NCBI GenBank assembly: GCA_049287005.1
Contig: JBAQEZ010000001.1
Span: forward strand, 2,204-66,203
Length of the DNA: 64,000 nt
From: Candidatus Moraniibacteriota bacterium
Lineage (GTDB): Bacteria > Patescibacteriota > Minisyncoccia > Moranbacterales > UBA1568
Reading direction: 5' to 3'
The notes below the pieces were generated by a model. It was not told the origin of the DNA and searched no databases. It saw only the letters and a list, made by a program, of their open reading frames with translations. The translations under genes and the position numbers were made by a program. This document shows, piece after piece, positions 17,933 through 28,450 of this stretch; the first letter of the stretch is position 1; each line of letters opens with the position of its first letter.

Positions 17933-20900
17933 TTAGGCTCGCGGTTGTCCTGGTTCGCGGTAACCGGTACCGGCTGGGATGAGGCGTCCGATAATGACGT
18001 TCTCTTTGAGACCGCGCAAGCGATCTTCTTTGCCGGCGACAGCCGCGTTGATGAGAACACGCGCCGTTTCCATGAATGACGCCGCAGAAAGGAATGATTC
18101 TGTGGAAAGCGCCACCTTGGTAATGCCCAAGACCATCGATTCGCCGATCGCCTCACGACCCTTGGCCGTCAGAGCGCCTTCATTGGCTTCGAGAAATTGG
18201 TCTTTCTCGACGATATCGCCCGGAAGGAGGAGAGTATCCCCCGGATCCATCACGCGGATACGCGACAGCATCTGACGGATAATCACTTCGATATGCTTGT
18301 CATTGATGCCCTCGCCTTGAGCGGCATAAATCTCTTCGATTTCACGGATGATATAGCGATGCACCGCCTCTTGTCCCATGACGGTGTAGAGCTTGCGCAA
18401 GTCGAGATGACCTTCAGAGAGTATCGCGCCGACACCGACGAGATCCCCTTCCTTGACGCGCAACGCCACATTGGCAGGCGCCTGATATTCATAGAGTTTC
18501 TTGTCTGTTCCTTCCACGGTGATCTTCACCACCTTAGCATTATCTTTGACGATCGTTTTCACCTGTCCGTCCGCTTCGCATAGGATAGCTTCCGTTTTCG
18601 GCACGCGCGCCTCGAAAATTTCTTCCACGCGCGGGAGGCCTTGAGTGATATCGGATCCGATAACGCCACCAACATGGAACGTACGCATCGTCAGCTGTGT
18701 CCCCGGTTCACCGATGGCTTGCGCGGCGACGACTCCGACTGAGGCGCCGAGTTCTACGAGCGCGCTCCGGCCGAGATCGATACCATAACACAAGCGACAG
18801 ACGCCGCGACGGGATTTGCACGTGACCAGAGAGCGGATTTTCACTTTGGGAATATTCTTGCTTTCGATTTCCTTGCCCTGCTCTCTCGAGATGATAGCGC
18901 CCTTCTTCACGATCACGGCTTTGGTGGCCGGATCCTTGAGAGCCTCGATGGCCGTGCGGCCTTCCACGCGAGCGGCATAGCTATGACCGATGGCATCGGA
19001 ATCTTCCCGATAGAGATACACGCCTTCCGTATCGGCACAGTCTTCTTCACGGACGATGATATCCTGTGCCACATCGACGAGACGCCGCGTCAGATATCCG
19101 GCAGTCGCCGTACGAAGAGCCGTATCAGCCATGCCTTTCCGCGCACCATGAGTGGAGATGAAATACTCGAGAACATTGAATCCTTCCTTGAAGGAGCTCT
19201 TGACTGGCAGCTCGATCGTTTCGCCGGTCGGTCCAGCCATCAGGCCTTTCATACCAGTCATCTGAACGACGACGGATTCGGATCCGCGCGCTTTGGAATA
19301 CACCATGGCATACACCGGGCCTTCTTTGTCGAGCGATGCGCGTACCGCATCGGTGATGCGATTCTTGGTTTCGTTCCAGATTTCAATCACCCGGTTACGG
19401 CGCTCTTCGTTGGTGAGGAGACCGACATTGTACTGATCTTTCACTTCTTTAACCCGGACTTCCGCATCGGTGATGAAAGCTGTTTTTTCCTTCGGCACGA
19501 TCAGATCATCCATGCCCCAACTGATACCGGAGCCGGACACCGCACGGAATGAGAGATCTTTCAAACGATCAGCGAACAAGGCGGCTTCGTCCTGTCCAAG
19601 CGTCTCCAAGATGCGGGACATGATAGCTTTCAGATCCTTCTTCACCATCTCTTCATTGAGGAAGCGGAGGCTTTCCGGAAGAATATCATTGAGGAGAATC
19701 CGTCCCACGGACGTCTCGATGAGCTTACCCTCCCACAAGAGCTTCACGGCCACATTGACGGCGACGATATTGTTCTGATAAGCGAGAATCGCTTCATCCA
19801 TCGATCCGAAGGCTTTCCCTTTGCCTTTGCCTTCCGCTTTGATATGGGTGAGGTAATACATGCCGAGCACCATATCCAAGGTCGCGGTCACGATCGGTTC
19901 ACCGGAGGCCGGTTTCAGGAGATTTTTGGAAGACAACATGATCGTCGCGCTTTCATGGCGGGCCTGATCGGTCAGCGGCACATGGACAGCCATCTGGTCG
20001 CCATCGAAGTCGGCGTTGAAGGCGGAACACACCATCGGGTGCAGGCGGATCGCCTTGCCTTCGATGAGCACCGGCTGGAAGGCCTGGATCGAGAGACGAT
20101 GGAGCGTCGGGGCGCGGTTCAGGAGGACGTAGTGATGTTCGATGATCTGGTCGAGAATTTCGTACGCCTCTTCTGTTTCCGCGTCCACCATGCGACCGGC
20201 TGTCCGGACGTTGTGGGCGAGCTCTTTCTCGATGAGTTTATTGATGATGAATGGTTTGAAGAGTTCGAGAGCCATTTTCTTTGGCAGACCGCACTGATGG
20301 AGCTTCAATTTCGGTCCAACCACGATGACCGAACGTCCGGAATAATCCACCCGCTTGCCGAGCAAGTTCTGACGGAAGCGTCCCTGCTTGCCTTTCAATG
20401 CATCTGCCAGGGAACGGAGGGCTCGTCTTTGTCCGGTCGAAGCGGCCGTCGAAGCCTGTCCGCGGCGAGCGCTGTTGTCGAAGAGGGCGTCTACCGCTTC
20501 CTGCAGCATTCTTTTCTCATTGCGGGTGATGACTTCCGGAGCGCCGATCGCCATCAGCTTCTTGAGACGGTTGTTACGGTTGATAATCCGACGATACAGA
20601 TCGTTGAGATCGGAAGTCGCGAAACGGCCGCCATCGAGGGCGACCATCGGACGCAGATCCGGAGGGATGACCGGGATCGCCGTCGGGAGCATCCATTCGA
20701 AACGCAGACTGGCTTTCTCGAATCCCTGATAAACCTTCAAACGCTGGAGTAATTTCTTCTGATCGATCGATTCATTTTCTGACAATTCTGCCTTCAAGAC
20801 TTTGAGCTGCTTCTTGATATCGATCTTCTCCAAAATCTTGCGGACGGCTTCCGCACCGATACCGGCAGTGAAAACTTGTCCGAAACGGCTCGACAGATTG

Positions 20901-21523
20901 AAATAATCCACTTCGGAGAGGATCTGATACGGACGCAGATTGCGCATCTCTTCTTTCGTCGTGCGATACTGTTCCTTCAATTCCTCAATGGACTCCTCGT
21001 AGACTTTCGTTTCTTTGCCGCTGCCTTTCAGTTCTTTCTGCTTGTTCTTGTATTCTTTCTCCAGCTGTTCGAGAGATTGGGTCTTCAAAGCCTCATTCAC
21101 TTCCATGATGATATAGGAAGAGAAATAAATCACCCGTTCGAGATCCTGCGGAGAGATACCCAAGACAAGACCGATCTTCGAAGGCACGCCCCGCAAAAAC
21201 CAGATATGCGACACCGGCGTCGCGAGCTTGATATGACCCATCCGTTCCCGCCGCACGATGGAGCGTGTCACTTCGACACCGCACTTATCGCAGACGATCC
21301 CGTTATAACGAATCCTTTTATACTTTCCACAATAACACTCCCAGTCTTTGGAAGGACCAAAAATCTTCTCACAAAACAACCCATCCGGTTCGTAGCGCTG
21401 TGTGCGATAATTGATCGTTTCCGGCTTGGTGATTTCACCGTGTGACCATTCGAGAATCTGGTCCGGGCTCGCGAGTGTCAGACGGACGCTGTCGAAATCA
21501 CTCACTTTCGTAATATTTTCCAT
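17933..21523 (-). CDS. rpoC: DNA-directed RNA polymerase subunit beta' RpoC
   Basis: Zn-finger CYCGKYKRIRYNGIVCDKCG and an NADFDGDQM catalytic motif. The start is taken at MENITK. Confidence 0.97.
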   Translation of the reverse strand: MENITKVSDFDSVRLTLASPDQILEWSHGEITKPETINYRTQRYEPDGLFCEKIFGPSKDWECYCGKYKRIRYNGIVCDKCGVEVTRSIVRRERMGHIKLATPVSHIWFLRGVPSKIGLVLGISPQDLERVIYFSSYIIMEVNEALKTQSLEQLEKEYKNKQKELKGSGKETKVYEESIEELKEQYRTTKEEMRNLRPYQILSEVDYFNLSSRFGQVFTAGIGAEAVRKILEKIDIKKQLKVLKAELSENESIDQKKLLQRLKVYQGFEKASLRFEWMLPTAIPVIPPDLRPMVALDGGRFATSDLNDLYRRIINRNNRLKKLMAIGAPEVITRNEKRMLQEAVDALFDNSARRGQASTAASTGQRRALRSLADALKGKQGRFRQNLLGKRVDYSGRSVIVVGPKLKLHQCGLPKKMALELFKPFIINKLIEKELAHNVRTAGRMVDAETEEAYEILDQIIEHHYVLLNRAPTLHRLSIQAFQPVLIEGKAIRLHPMVCSAFNADFDGDQMAVHVPLTDQARHESATIMLSSKNLLKPASGEPIVTATLDMVLGMYYLTHIKAEGKGKGKAFGSMDEAILAYQNNIVAVNVAVKLLWEGKLIETSVGRILLNDILPESLRFLNEEMVKKDLKAIMSRILETLGQDEAALFADRLKDLSFRAVSGSGISWGMDDLIVPKEKTAFITDAEVRVKEVKDQYNVGLLTNEERRNRVIEIWNETKNRITDAVRASLDKEGPVYAMVYSKARGSESVVVQMTGMKGLMAGPTGETIELPVKSSFKEGFNVLEYFISTHGARKGMADTALRTATAGYLTRRLVDVAQDIIVREEDCADTEGVYLYREDSDAIGHSYAARVEGRTAIEALKDPATKAVIVKKGAIISREQGKEIESKNIPKVKIRSLVTCKSRRGVCRLCYGIDLGRSALVELGASVGVVAAQAIGEPGTQLTMRTFHVGGVIGSDITQGLPRVEEIFEARVPKTEAILCEADGQVKTIVKDNAKVVKITVEGTDKKLYEYQAPANVALRVKEGDLVGVGAILSEGHLDLRKLYTVMGQEAVHRYIIREIEEIYAAQGEGINDKHIEVIIRQMLSRIRVMDPGDTLLLPGDIVEKDQFLEANEGALTAKGREAIGESMVLGITKVALSTESFLSAASFMETARVLINAAVAGKEDRLRGLKENVIIGRLIPAGTGYREPGQPRA

Positions 21524-21572
21524 AGTTTTGAATATTGACTTGGATAGAAATAAAAAGTAAGAAAGTTGGGGG

Positions 21573-24500
21573 TTAGACGGTATCGATAACGGCTGCGGGA
21601 GCAGCGTCATCCGATTCCGTTTTCACTCCCTTGAGTTCGACATTGAGACAGAGACCCTTCAGTTCATTGATGAGAACATGGAAAGAAGCGGGAAGGTTCG
21701 GACTCTTGATCGGCTCGCCTTTGATGATCGACTCGTAAGCCTTGGAGCGGCCCAACACATCATCGGATTTGATAGTCAGCATTTCTTGGAGGGTATAGGC
21801 GGCACCGTAGCCTTCGAGTGCCCACACTTCCATTTCGCCGAAGCGCTGTCCACCGAACTGCGCCTTGCCGCCGAGCGGCTGCTGGGTGATGAGAGAATAG
21901 GGCCCGATGCTTCGCATATGCAGCTTGTCTTCGATCAAATGGTTCAGTTTCATGATATACATCACGCCCACGGTCGATTCGTTATCGAAGGGTTGGCCGG
22001 TTTTGCCGTCAGTCAATCTGATCTTGCCGTTTTCCGGAAGACCAGCTGCCTTCAGTTCTTTCTTGATATCTCCTTCTGATACTCCATCCAGAGCCAAGCT
22101 CGCCACTTTGTATCCCAGTGTTTTGGCGGCCCATCCCAAGTGTGTCTCGAGAATCTGACCGATGTTCATACGCGAAGCCACACCAAGCGAGTTCAGCACA
22201 ACGTCCACTGGAGTTCCGTCAGGCAGGTATGGCATATCTTCAGCTGCAGCAATATAGGAAATGACGCCTTTGTTACCGTGTCGTCCAGCCAGCTTGTCAC
22301 CGACGGAAATCTTGCGCATCTGCGCGACCGATACTTGAATCTGCTGAAAGACACCCATCGGGAGTTTGTCACCGCGTTCACGAGAGAAAATTTTCACATC
22401 CACTACCTTGCCGTGTTCACCATGCGGCAGATACATCGAAGAATCTTTCACGTCACGGGACTTTTCACCGAAAATAACGCGGAGCAGTCTTTCTTCTGCC
22501 GTCAGATCACCCTCGCCTTTCGGGGTGATTTTCCCCACCAAGATATCGCCGGAAGAAATTTCCGCACCGATCCGGATGATGCCGTTCTCGTCGAGGTTTT
22601 TCAAGCGATCCTCACCGATATTGGGAATATCCCGCGTCACGACTTCAGGCCCAAGCTTGGTATCGCGCACGTCGATCGAGAAATCCTCGATATGGATCGA
22701 ACTCCAGCGATCACCCTGCACCACTTTTTCAGAAACGATGATGGCATCTTCGTAGTTGTATCCGTTCCACGGTACGAAGGCCACGACCATGTTCTGACCC
22801 AAGGCGAGTTCGCCGTGATCCGTCGAGGCACCGTCCGCGAGCATCTCGCCTTTCTCAACCACCTGACCCTTCGCGACGCGTGGCACCTGGTTCATACTGG
22901 TGAAGGCGTTGGACTTTTCGAAGCTCTGCAGGAGATATTCCGTATCAATATGATCTTTCTTGGCACCAGCCGGAGCCTTGGAGCGGACGATGATGTGGTT
23001 GGCATCGACGGTGATCACTTCACCAGCCATCATGGCCAACACCACTTGTCCCGAATCACGCGCCGCCTTGTCTTCGATACCGGTACCGACAATCGGCGCT
23101 TCCGGTACGACACAGGATACCGCTTGGCGCTGCATGTTCGATCCCATAAGGGCACGGTTGGCATCATCATGCTCGACGAAAGGAATCAACGCTGTGGCGA
23201 TAGAAATACACTGCTTCACGGAAACATCCATATAATCCACCACTTCCGCTTCGATGGTTTCCGGATGACCTTTCACGCGAGCCTCTACCATAGACTGCAC
23301 GATAGTGCGATGCTCGTCGATTTCCACGCCGGCGTGAGCGACGATCTTCCTGTCTTCCACGATGGCATTCAAATATTCGATATCGAGAGTCACGAATGGT
23401 TTCACTTTGACCGTCTCGCCTTTCTTTTTATCAGCCACTTTCTTGGCCGTTTCCTCTGACAACAGTTCGCCGATTTTCGCCACACCGGCTACGTCTTCAG
23501 CCAGGATGCGGTTCACCAGCTCTTCTTTGGTGGCAAGCACTTCTTTTTTCACGATCAGATACGGGGTCTCCAGAAAACCGTACTCGTTCACGCGAGCATA
23601 ACTGGCTAAGTGGCCTACTAGTCCGATATTCGGTCCTTCCGGCGTTTCAATCGGGCAAATACGACCATAGTGTGAATGATGGACGTCGCGCACTTCGAAA
23701 CCGGCGCGTTCACGTGTCAGACCACCAGGACCCATAGCCGACAAGCGTCGCTTGTGCTCGAGCTCAGCCAGCGGGTTCACCTGATCCATAAACTGTGACA
23801 GCTGGGAACTGGAAAAAAATTCTTTCACGGCGGCTGCCACCGGACGAGGATTAATCAGTTGTCCCGGCACTACCGTTTCCGGATCGCAGGTGCTCATTCT
23901 ATCCTTGATATTGCGCACCATGCGGTACATGCCGACACGCAGTTTGTTCTGAATCAATTCGCCCACGGCGCGCACACGGCGGTTACCGAGATGATCGATA
24001 TCGTCCGGCCGCCCTTCCGGATCGTTATTGAGACGCATGACTTCCTTGATGATCAACACCAGGTCATCGGTATTCAAAATGCGGTTCTCTTCCGTGTCGG
24101 CGCGCTCAATAGAGAGGCGCTGATTGAGACGGTAGCGACCGACGGCACCAAAATCATAACGCTCGAAATTGAAAAACATCGCGTTGATCATTTGCCGGGC
24201 GTTCTCCTCGGTGGCGAGATCGCCTGGACGGAGACGCTTGTACACTTCTCGATAAGCTTCGCCCTGATTCTTGGCTGGATCCTTGAGGATAGTCGCTTCG
24301 ATATATTTGCTTTCTTCCGGTTCAGAAAATTCCGCATGGATACGCTTCTCATCGAAACCGAATGCCTTGAAAAGCCCCGTGATCGGGAGCTTGCGCTTGC
24401 GGTCTATCTTGACGGAAATCACGCCGTCCATGTCCGTTTCGATTTCCAGCCAGGCTCCGCGATTCGGAATGATCTTGGCTCCGAACAACTTCTTCCCCTT

Positions 24501-24980
24501 CTGATAGTCCATGGTGAAAAACACGCCCGGGGAGCGGATCAACTGAGACACCACGACGCGCTCAACGCCGTTGATGATGAACGTGCCGCGTTCGGTCATG
24601 ATAGGAAAATCTCCCAGATAAATTTCTTGTTCCTTGACTTCGCCGGTCTGTTTCATGAGCAGCGTCGCCTTGGCACGGAGCGGTGCCTCGTAGGAAATAT
24701 TCTTGTTTTTGGCCACCAAAGCGCTATATTTCGGCTCATCCAGGTAGTAGTCCTGTATCGTCAGCTCCAAGTCCTTGCTGGTGAAGTCCGTAATAGGGTT
24801 GATTTCCGAAAACAGCTCCTTCAGTCCCTTGTCCCAGAACCACTGATAGGAGTCTGTCTGAACTTCGATCAGGTCCGGCAGAGAGACTGTAATCCGATTA
24901 TTGAAAAATCGCCGTTTGGAGAGAGAAGATTCTTTACCAAAAGAATCCTTCACCCGCAATGCTTTCTCTTTGCTGGACAT
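21573..24980 (-). CDS. rpoB: DNA-directed RNA polymerase subunit beta RpoB
   Basis: Full-length RpoB similarity, 1135 aa. Confidence 0.97.
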   Translation of the reverse strand: MSSKEKALRVKDSFGKESSLSKRRFFNNRITVSLPDLIEVQTDSYQWFWDKGLKELFSEINPITDFTSKDLELTIQDYYLDEPKYSALVAKNKNISYEAPLRAKATLLMKQTGEVKEQEIYLGDFPIMTERGTFIINGVERVVVSQLIRSPGVFFTMDYQKGKKLFGAKIIPNRGAWLEIETDMDGVISVKIDRKRKLPITGLFKAFGFDEKRIHAEFSEPEESKYIEATILKDPAKNQGEAYREVYKRLRPGDLATEENARQMINAMFFNFERYDFGAVGRYRLNQRLSIERADTEENRILNTDDLVLIIKEVMRLNNDPEGRPDDIDHLGNRRVRAVGELIQNKLRVGMYRMVRNIKDRMSTCDPETVVPGQLINPRPVAAAVKEFFSSSQLSQFMDQVNPLAELEHKRRLSAMGPGGLTRERAGFEVRDVHHSHYGRICPIETPEGPNIGLVGHLASYARVNEYGFLETPYLIVKKEVLATKEELVNRILAEDVAGVAKIGELLSEETAKKVADKKKGETVKVKPFVTLDIEYLNAIVEDRKIVAHAGVEIDEHRTIVQSMVEARVKGHPETIEAEVVDYMDVSVKQCISIATALIPFVEHDDANRALMGSNMQRQAVSCVVPEAPIVGTGIEDKAARDSGQVVLAMMAGEVITVDANHIIVRSKAPAGAKKDHIDTEYLLQSFEKSNAFTSMNQVPRVAKGQVVEKGEMLADGASTDHGELALGQNMVVAFVPWNGYNYEDAIIVSEKVVQGDRWSSIHIEDFSIDVRDTKLGPEVVTRDIPNIGEDRLKNLDENGIIRIGAEISSGDILVGKITPKGEGDLTAEERLLRVIFGEKSRDVKDSSMYLPHGEHGKVVDVKIFSRERGDKLPMGVFQQIQVSVAQMRKISVGDKLAGRHGNKGVISYIAAAEDMPYLPDGTPVDVVLNSLGVASRMNIGQILETHLGWAAKTLGYKVASLALDGVSEGDIKKELKAAGLPENGKIRLTDGKTGQPFDNESTVGVMYIMKLNHLIEDKLHMRSIGPYSLITQQPLGGKAQFGGQRFGEMEVWALEGYGAAYTLQEMLTIKSDDVLGRSKAYESIIKGEPIKSPNLPASFHVLINELKGLCLNVELKGVKTESDDAAPAAVIDTV

Positions 24981-25411
24981 AAAAAGACACTCATTGTGGA
25001 ACTCCTTGCTTCAAAACTGAAACAAGTAGGACAAATGAGATTATCGGATAAAACTATTTGATTGTGGATTGGGCACCTGTCCTCTCCATTGTGTTGGAAA
25101 ATGTTAGCTTCTTTCGATTAAGCAACCATCCCAACTCGGTCTCGCCATCCAGACCTTTCACCCACAGGCGATACGAGACAGAAAAGTTCTAGAGTCTGTT
25201 GAAAAAATCCTTACCCTCACGGAAGAGACCCTCTCAACAGACCCTACTTCTACAAAATGAATACAACTGATTGTAACAAGCTTCTTTTTCATTGTCAAAT
25301 GAAAACCAAAAAATGGCTCCAGAAGGCCTTTGTACTACAAAATATATCCGTTGTTTTTTGGATGCATCAAAATCTTTTTCCCGCCTGGCTGAAAATTTCA
25401 GTGCCGGCTGG

Positions 25412-25684
25412 TTACTTTTGATTCACTCCAAAAGTATATACCCTTTTGACCGTTTCCGCAATCCGCATCGAAGTATAGTTTTCCGGAACCTCCGAATCGA
25501 TCACGAAATCACTCACCTGCTCGGGTTGCAGATTGCTTTCTGCGAGCAAACCGGCTATCCCCTCAAACAATCTCCGCCCCATATCCCGCCCTTCCTGCCA
25601 CTCTTTCGCAGACACAACTTCATTTCCCTTCATCAAAGAGAGCTCGCTTTTTTCTTTTTCAATTTTCAGATGAAATGTATACAT
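25412..25684 (-). CDS. Small protein resembling the N-terminal region of TsaB/YeaZ (Kae1-associated); truncated
   Basis: EWQEGRDMGRRL...LLAESNLQPEQVSDFVID...SMRIAET resembles the TsaB N-terminal domain. The ORF is only 90 aa. Confidence 0.35.
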   Translation of the reverse strand: MYTFHLKIEKEKSELSLMKGNEVVSAKEWQEGRDMGRRLFEGIAGLLAESNLQPEQVSDFVIDSEVPENYTSMRIAETVKRVYTFGVNQK

Positions 25685-25728
25685 ATATTACTTCAACTTC
25701 TTCCAAAAGAGAGGGTTTTACTTTTTTC

Positions 25729-26931
25729 TTAATTCATTTTTTGTGATTCTCTATAGATCTCTACCTGCCGCTGATACTTCTCATAAGCAGCCTTCACCTT
25801 CTCCTGTCCCGTAGCAGAACTGACAAGCTCTTTCGAAAGTTTATTCAACTCTTCAACTGGGAGACCCGATCCATTAGGCGACCATTGCGCTATCTTATCT
25901 CTTACTTCAGGGGTGAATATCTCATCAAAAGCATCACTCAGCTCGCTTTCATCAAGATCCACGCCTAACATATATCCTTGCTTGATCGAGTCCCAAACAA
26001 CATCTCTAGGAACGTCCAAGCTTGCTGACAGCGTCTCTATCATAATATCAACCATAGCTCGCTCACCAATATACCCTTCGCCGTACTGCGTTCCAGCATG
26101 ATCCAAGAAAAACTTCTTCTCCCCCGTCCTTTTCAGATACTCGTCATATACTTCTTCACCGATTTTATCCGTAACGGCCTCATTAAAAGGCAGATGCCTG
26201 ACGTTAAATCCTCCTTTTTCAATTCCTTCCATTTGATATCCGGAAGAATTATCAACCTTTTGTCTTCCGAAAAAGAAAGATTTCATCTGTTTTTTCAGGC
26301 GCTCGATTTTTCCTTCCTCTCTCCTGATATTTTTACTGATAGCATGGGTTTGCTCATGCATGAAAGTGCTCAGGATATCCGCTCGCAATCTTCCGCGAGT
26401 GAATTGTTTCTCGCTTCTCCATTCGCGCGAGTGAAACTGACGAGAGCGTATGGCCCAAGGAGAGAAGTCCGCACCGATGGTTATTCTCTTTTCAACCGAG
26501 TTAGATTCCCCGCCAGAATAACCGACGACTTCGATATTCTCAAGAGGAATAAGCTTGGGCTCCGACTGCAAACCTGACTTACGATACATCTCAGAAAAAA
26601 TATCCTGCATTACTGAGAAATCTACCTTTTCCAAGACTTTCTTCGCTTCAACAAGACGCTCTCCTGGATCCAAATCAACCTTATCATTCTCTTCCGTCGA
26701 TTTTTCTGGCAACTGTCTGATCCTTTCCAAAACCACGACAACCTCTCTTTCTGCCTCTTCCTGCGCCTGCACAGATTCCTCTATCGTGTCTTCCTCTTCT
26801 TCTGGAATATTTTCAGGAGGACGAACACCACTACTCTCCAGTACATGACGAGTTTTTTCATTTTCTATCGAAGTCATCTGCTCAAGGTGTGGCATAGCTT
26901 TTATTTTAATTTCTTCCAATCGAAATTCCAA
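25729..26931 (-). CDS. Hypothetical acidic protein with an HExxH motif (MHEQTHAISK); putative Zn-dependent hydrolase
   Basis: The only recognisable feature is HEQTH; E/K-rich; no TM. The start may be at 26895 (MPHLEQM). Confidence 0.45.
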   Translation of the reverse strand: MEFRLEEIKIKAMPHLEQMTSIENEKTRHVLESSGVRPPENIPEEEEDTIEESVQAQEEAEREVVVVLERIRQLPEKSTEENDKVDLDPGERLVEAKKVLEKVDFSVMQDIFSEMYRKSGLQSEPKLIPLENIEVVGYSGGESNSVEKRITIGADFSPWAIRSRQFHSREWRSEKQFTRGRLRADILSTFMHEQTHAISKNIRREEGKIERLKKQMKSFFFGRQKVDNSSGYQMEGIEKGGFNVRHLPFNEAVTDKIGEEVYDEYLKRTGEKKFFLDHAGTQYGEGYIGERAMVDIMIETLSASLDVPRDVVWDSIKQGYMLGVDLDESELSDAFDEIFTPEVRDKIAQWSPNGSGLPVEELNKLSKELVSSATGQEKVKAAYEKYQRQVEIYRESQKMN

Positions 26932-27644
26932 GGATCCGTCTTGCGGTCGGGGGCGATATCACTGTGACCGACGACAGATTTGATAGGATACTGCTGCTTG
27001 AGTGACGCTATCAGATCATTGACCGCACTATACTGTGCGTTCGTGAACTGTCCCGTTTGCGTATTGATCATTTCGATGCCGAGAGAAAAATCATTCACAT
27101 TTGTTCGGTTGTCCGGCATTTTGCTCACACCGGCATGATAGGCGATGTTTTTGTCTGCCACCAGGCGATAGATCGTCCCCTTGCGGTCTATCAGATAATG
27201 CGCACTCACTCCATAATCTGCGTATTCTTTGATGACGCCGCTCACCAAATACGGATCGACGCCATTCAGATCATATGAGGAATGGAGCACGAGAGTATCG
27301 ATGGTACGCGCCTTTTGCGGCACGGAAAAACCGGATTTCATCAAACGATCAACGATAGAGAAAGGTTCATCGGCTGCCTCGGTCTCACTGGCTTTGTCGG
27401 TTTGAGAATCCGCGACCGCTGATACACCCGCAGACGGCATCGTTTCGCCTGCCGCCTGTTCTACCAAGTTTTTCACATCACGCGCGACACCGAGAGCAGC
27501 CTGAGCCTGAGTGACCTCTTGGACAATGGGTGCTTTGAGACTTTCATTGCGCACCGTTATCGGCGCGCCCGGAGTACTCAAAAAGAAATACCCCGCCCCG
27601 AGTATCATCAGTAACACCGTAATAAACAGTCCGATCAGTCCCAT
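26901..27644 (-). CDS. N-acetylmuramoyl-L-alanine amidase (Amidase_2 / AmpD-PGRP fold) with an N-terminal TM anchor
   Basis: VLHSS...AHYLIDRKGTIYRLV...AYHAG...FSLGIEMIN...GHSDIAPDRKTDP motifs; N-terminal helix MGLIGLFITVLLMILG. Confidence 0.8.
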   Translation of the reverse strand: MGLIGLFITVLLMILGAGYFFLSTPGAPITVRNESLKAPIVQEVTQAQAALGVARDVKNLVEQAAGETMPSAGVSAVADSQTDKASETEAADEPFSIVDRLMKSGFSVPQKARTIDTLVLHSSYDLNGVDPYLVSGVIKEYADYGVSAHYLIDRKGTIYRLVADKNIAYHAGVSKMPDNRTNVNDFSLGIEMINTQTGQFTNAQYSAVNDLIASLKQQYPIKSVVGHSDIAPDRKTDPWNFDWKKLK

Positions 27645-27726
27645 GGCATTATTCTTCGTCTCTCTATTATAGTACACAAAAGAAAAACCCGCCTCACGGA
27701 CGGGTTGATACAGATTGCAACTCTCT

Positions 27727-27990
27727 CTACTTCTTCTTGCTCTTTTTCCCACCACTCATAAGCAGGGCAATCGCCGCGCCCAGTGCGGCACCGATACCGG
27801 CAACCACTGCGGCAGCCTTCTCCGGATTCTTCTTGGCATAACTCTCGACGGTCGCATAGGTACTCTCCAGATGCTTCTTTACTTTCGCGAGTTCCTTCTC
27901 AGCCACAGACCGGCTCTCATCCACCTGCGCCATGACCTTCTTCTGCAATGCCTTTACTATAGCCTCTCCCTCTGCTTGTTTCTTTTCCAT
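27727..27990 (-). CDS. ElaB/YqjD-like (DUF883) tail-anchored membrane protein
   Basis: ~88 aa, a coiled-coil N-terminus and a C-terminal TM helix (AAVVAGIGAALGAAIALLM) followed by KKSKKK. Confidence 0.5.
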   Translation of the reverse strand: MEKKQAEGEAIVKALQKKVMAQVDESRSVAEKELAKVKKHLESTYATVESYAKKNPEKAAAVVAGIGAALGAAIALLMSGGKKSKKK

Positions 27991-28016
27991 ATGTCTTTTT
28001 ATGAAATGAATTAGGC

Positions 28017-28418
28017 CTAATGATCCTGGCGGTCGAACACATATACTACGAGACACAACAACAGAATGAATGCCCCCATGATCACTTCCCCTGAACCAGG
28101 GAACTGATACGCCGCGCTCATGAGCTGCGAAAGTCCCACTAAGAGGAATATCACCCCCAAAAAAGCGAAGGAAAAAAGAAATAGCCGGCGTGTCACCTTT
28201 CTGGTGAATACATGCACCGCTTGATGCGCCCGTTCAACCGCTCCGTCGAATGAAGACTGGATACCCTTGACCACGCTCTCCAAAAGGAGTCCCGTCCAAC
28301 CAGTACCCACATTTTCTTTTTTCGTCCGGGTTGTTTTTTTTGTTTCCATATCTTTCTTATTTATATTTATAATTATAGCACGAAAAAAGCAACTTGTAAA
28401 AAATTGCCACGCGTGCAT
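28017..28418 (-). CDS. Phage-holin-family (YqjE/DUF1469-like) membrane protein
   Basis: ~110-130 aa, two TM helices; sits in a pair with the ElaB-like gene as in yqjD-yqjE arrangements. Confidence 0.4.
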   Translation of the reverse strand: MHAWQFFTSCFFRAIIININKKDMETKKTTRTKKENVGTGWTGLLLESVVKGIQSSFDGAVERAHQAVHVFTRKVTRRLFLFSFAFLGVIFLLVGLSQLMSAAYQFPGSGEVIMGAFILLLCLVVYVFDRQDH

Positions 28419-28450
28419 TTTTGTGGTATGAAAAAAATAATATTCAAATT

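Noticed and set aside
19844-25061. Several 300-440-aa '+'-strand ORFs (19844-20752, 22140-23459, 23859-25061)
   Set aside because: All lie antisense within rpoC/rpoB; R/H/D-rich nonsense compositions; spurious.
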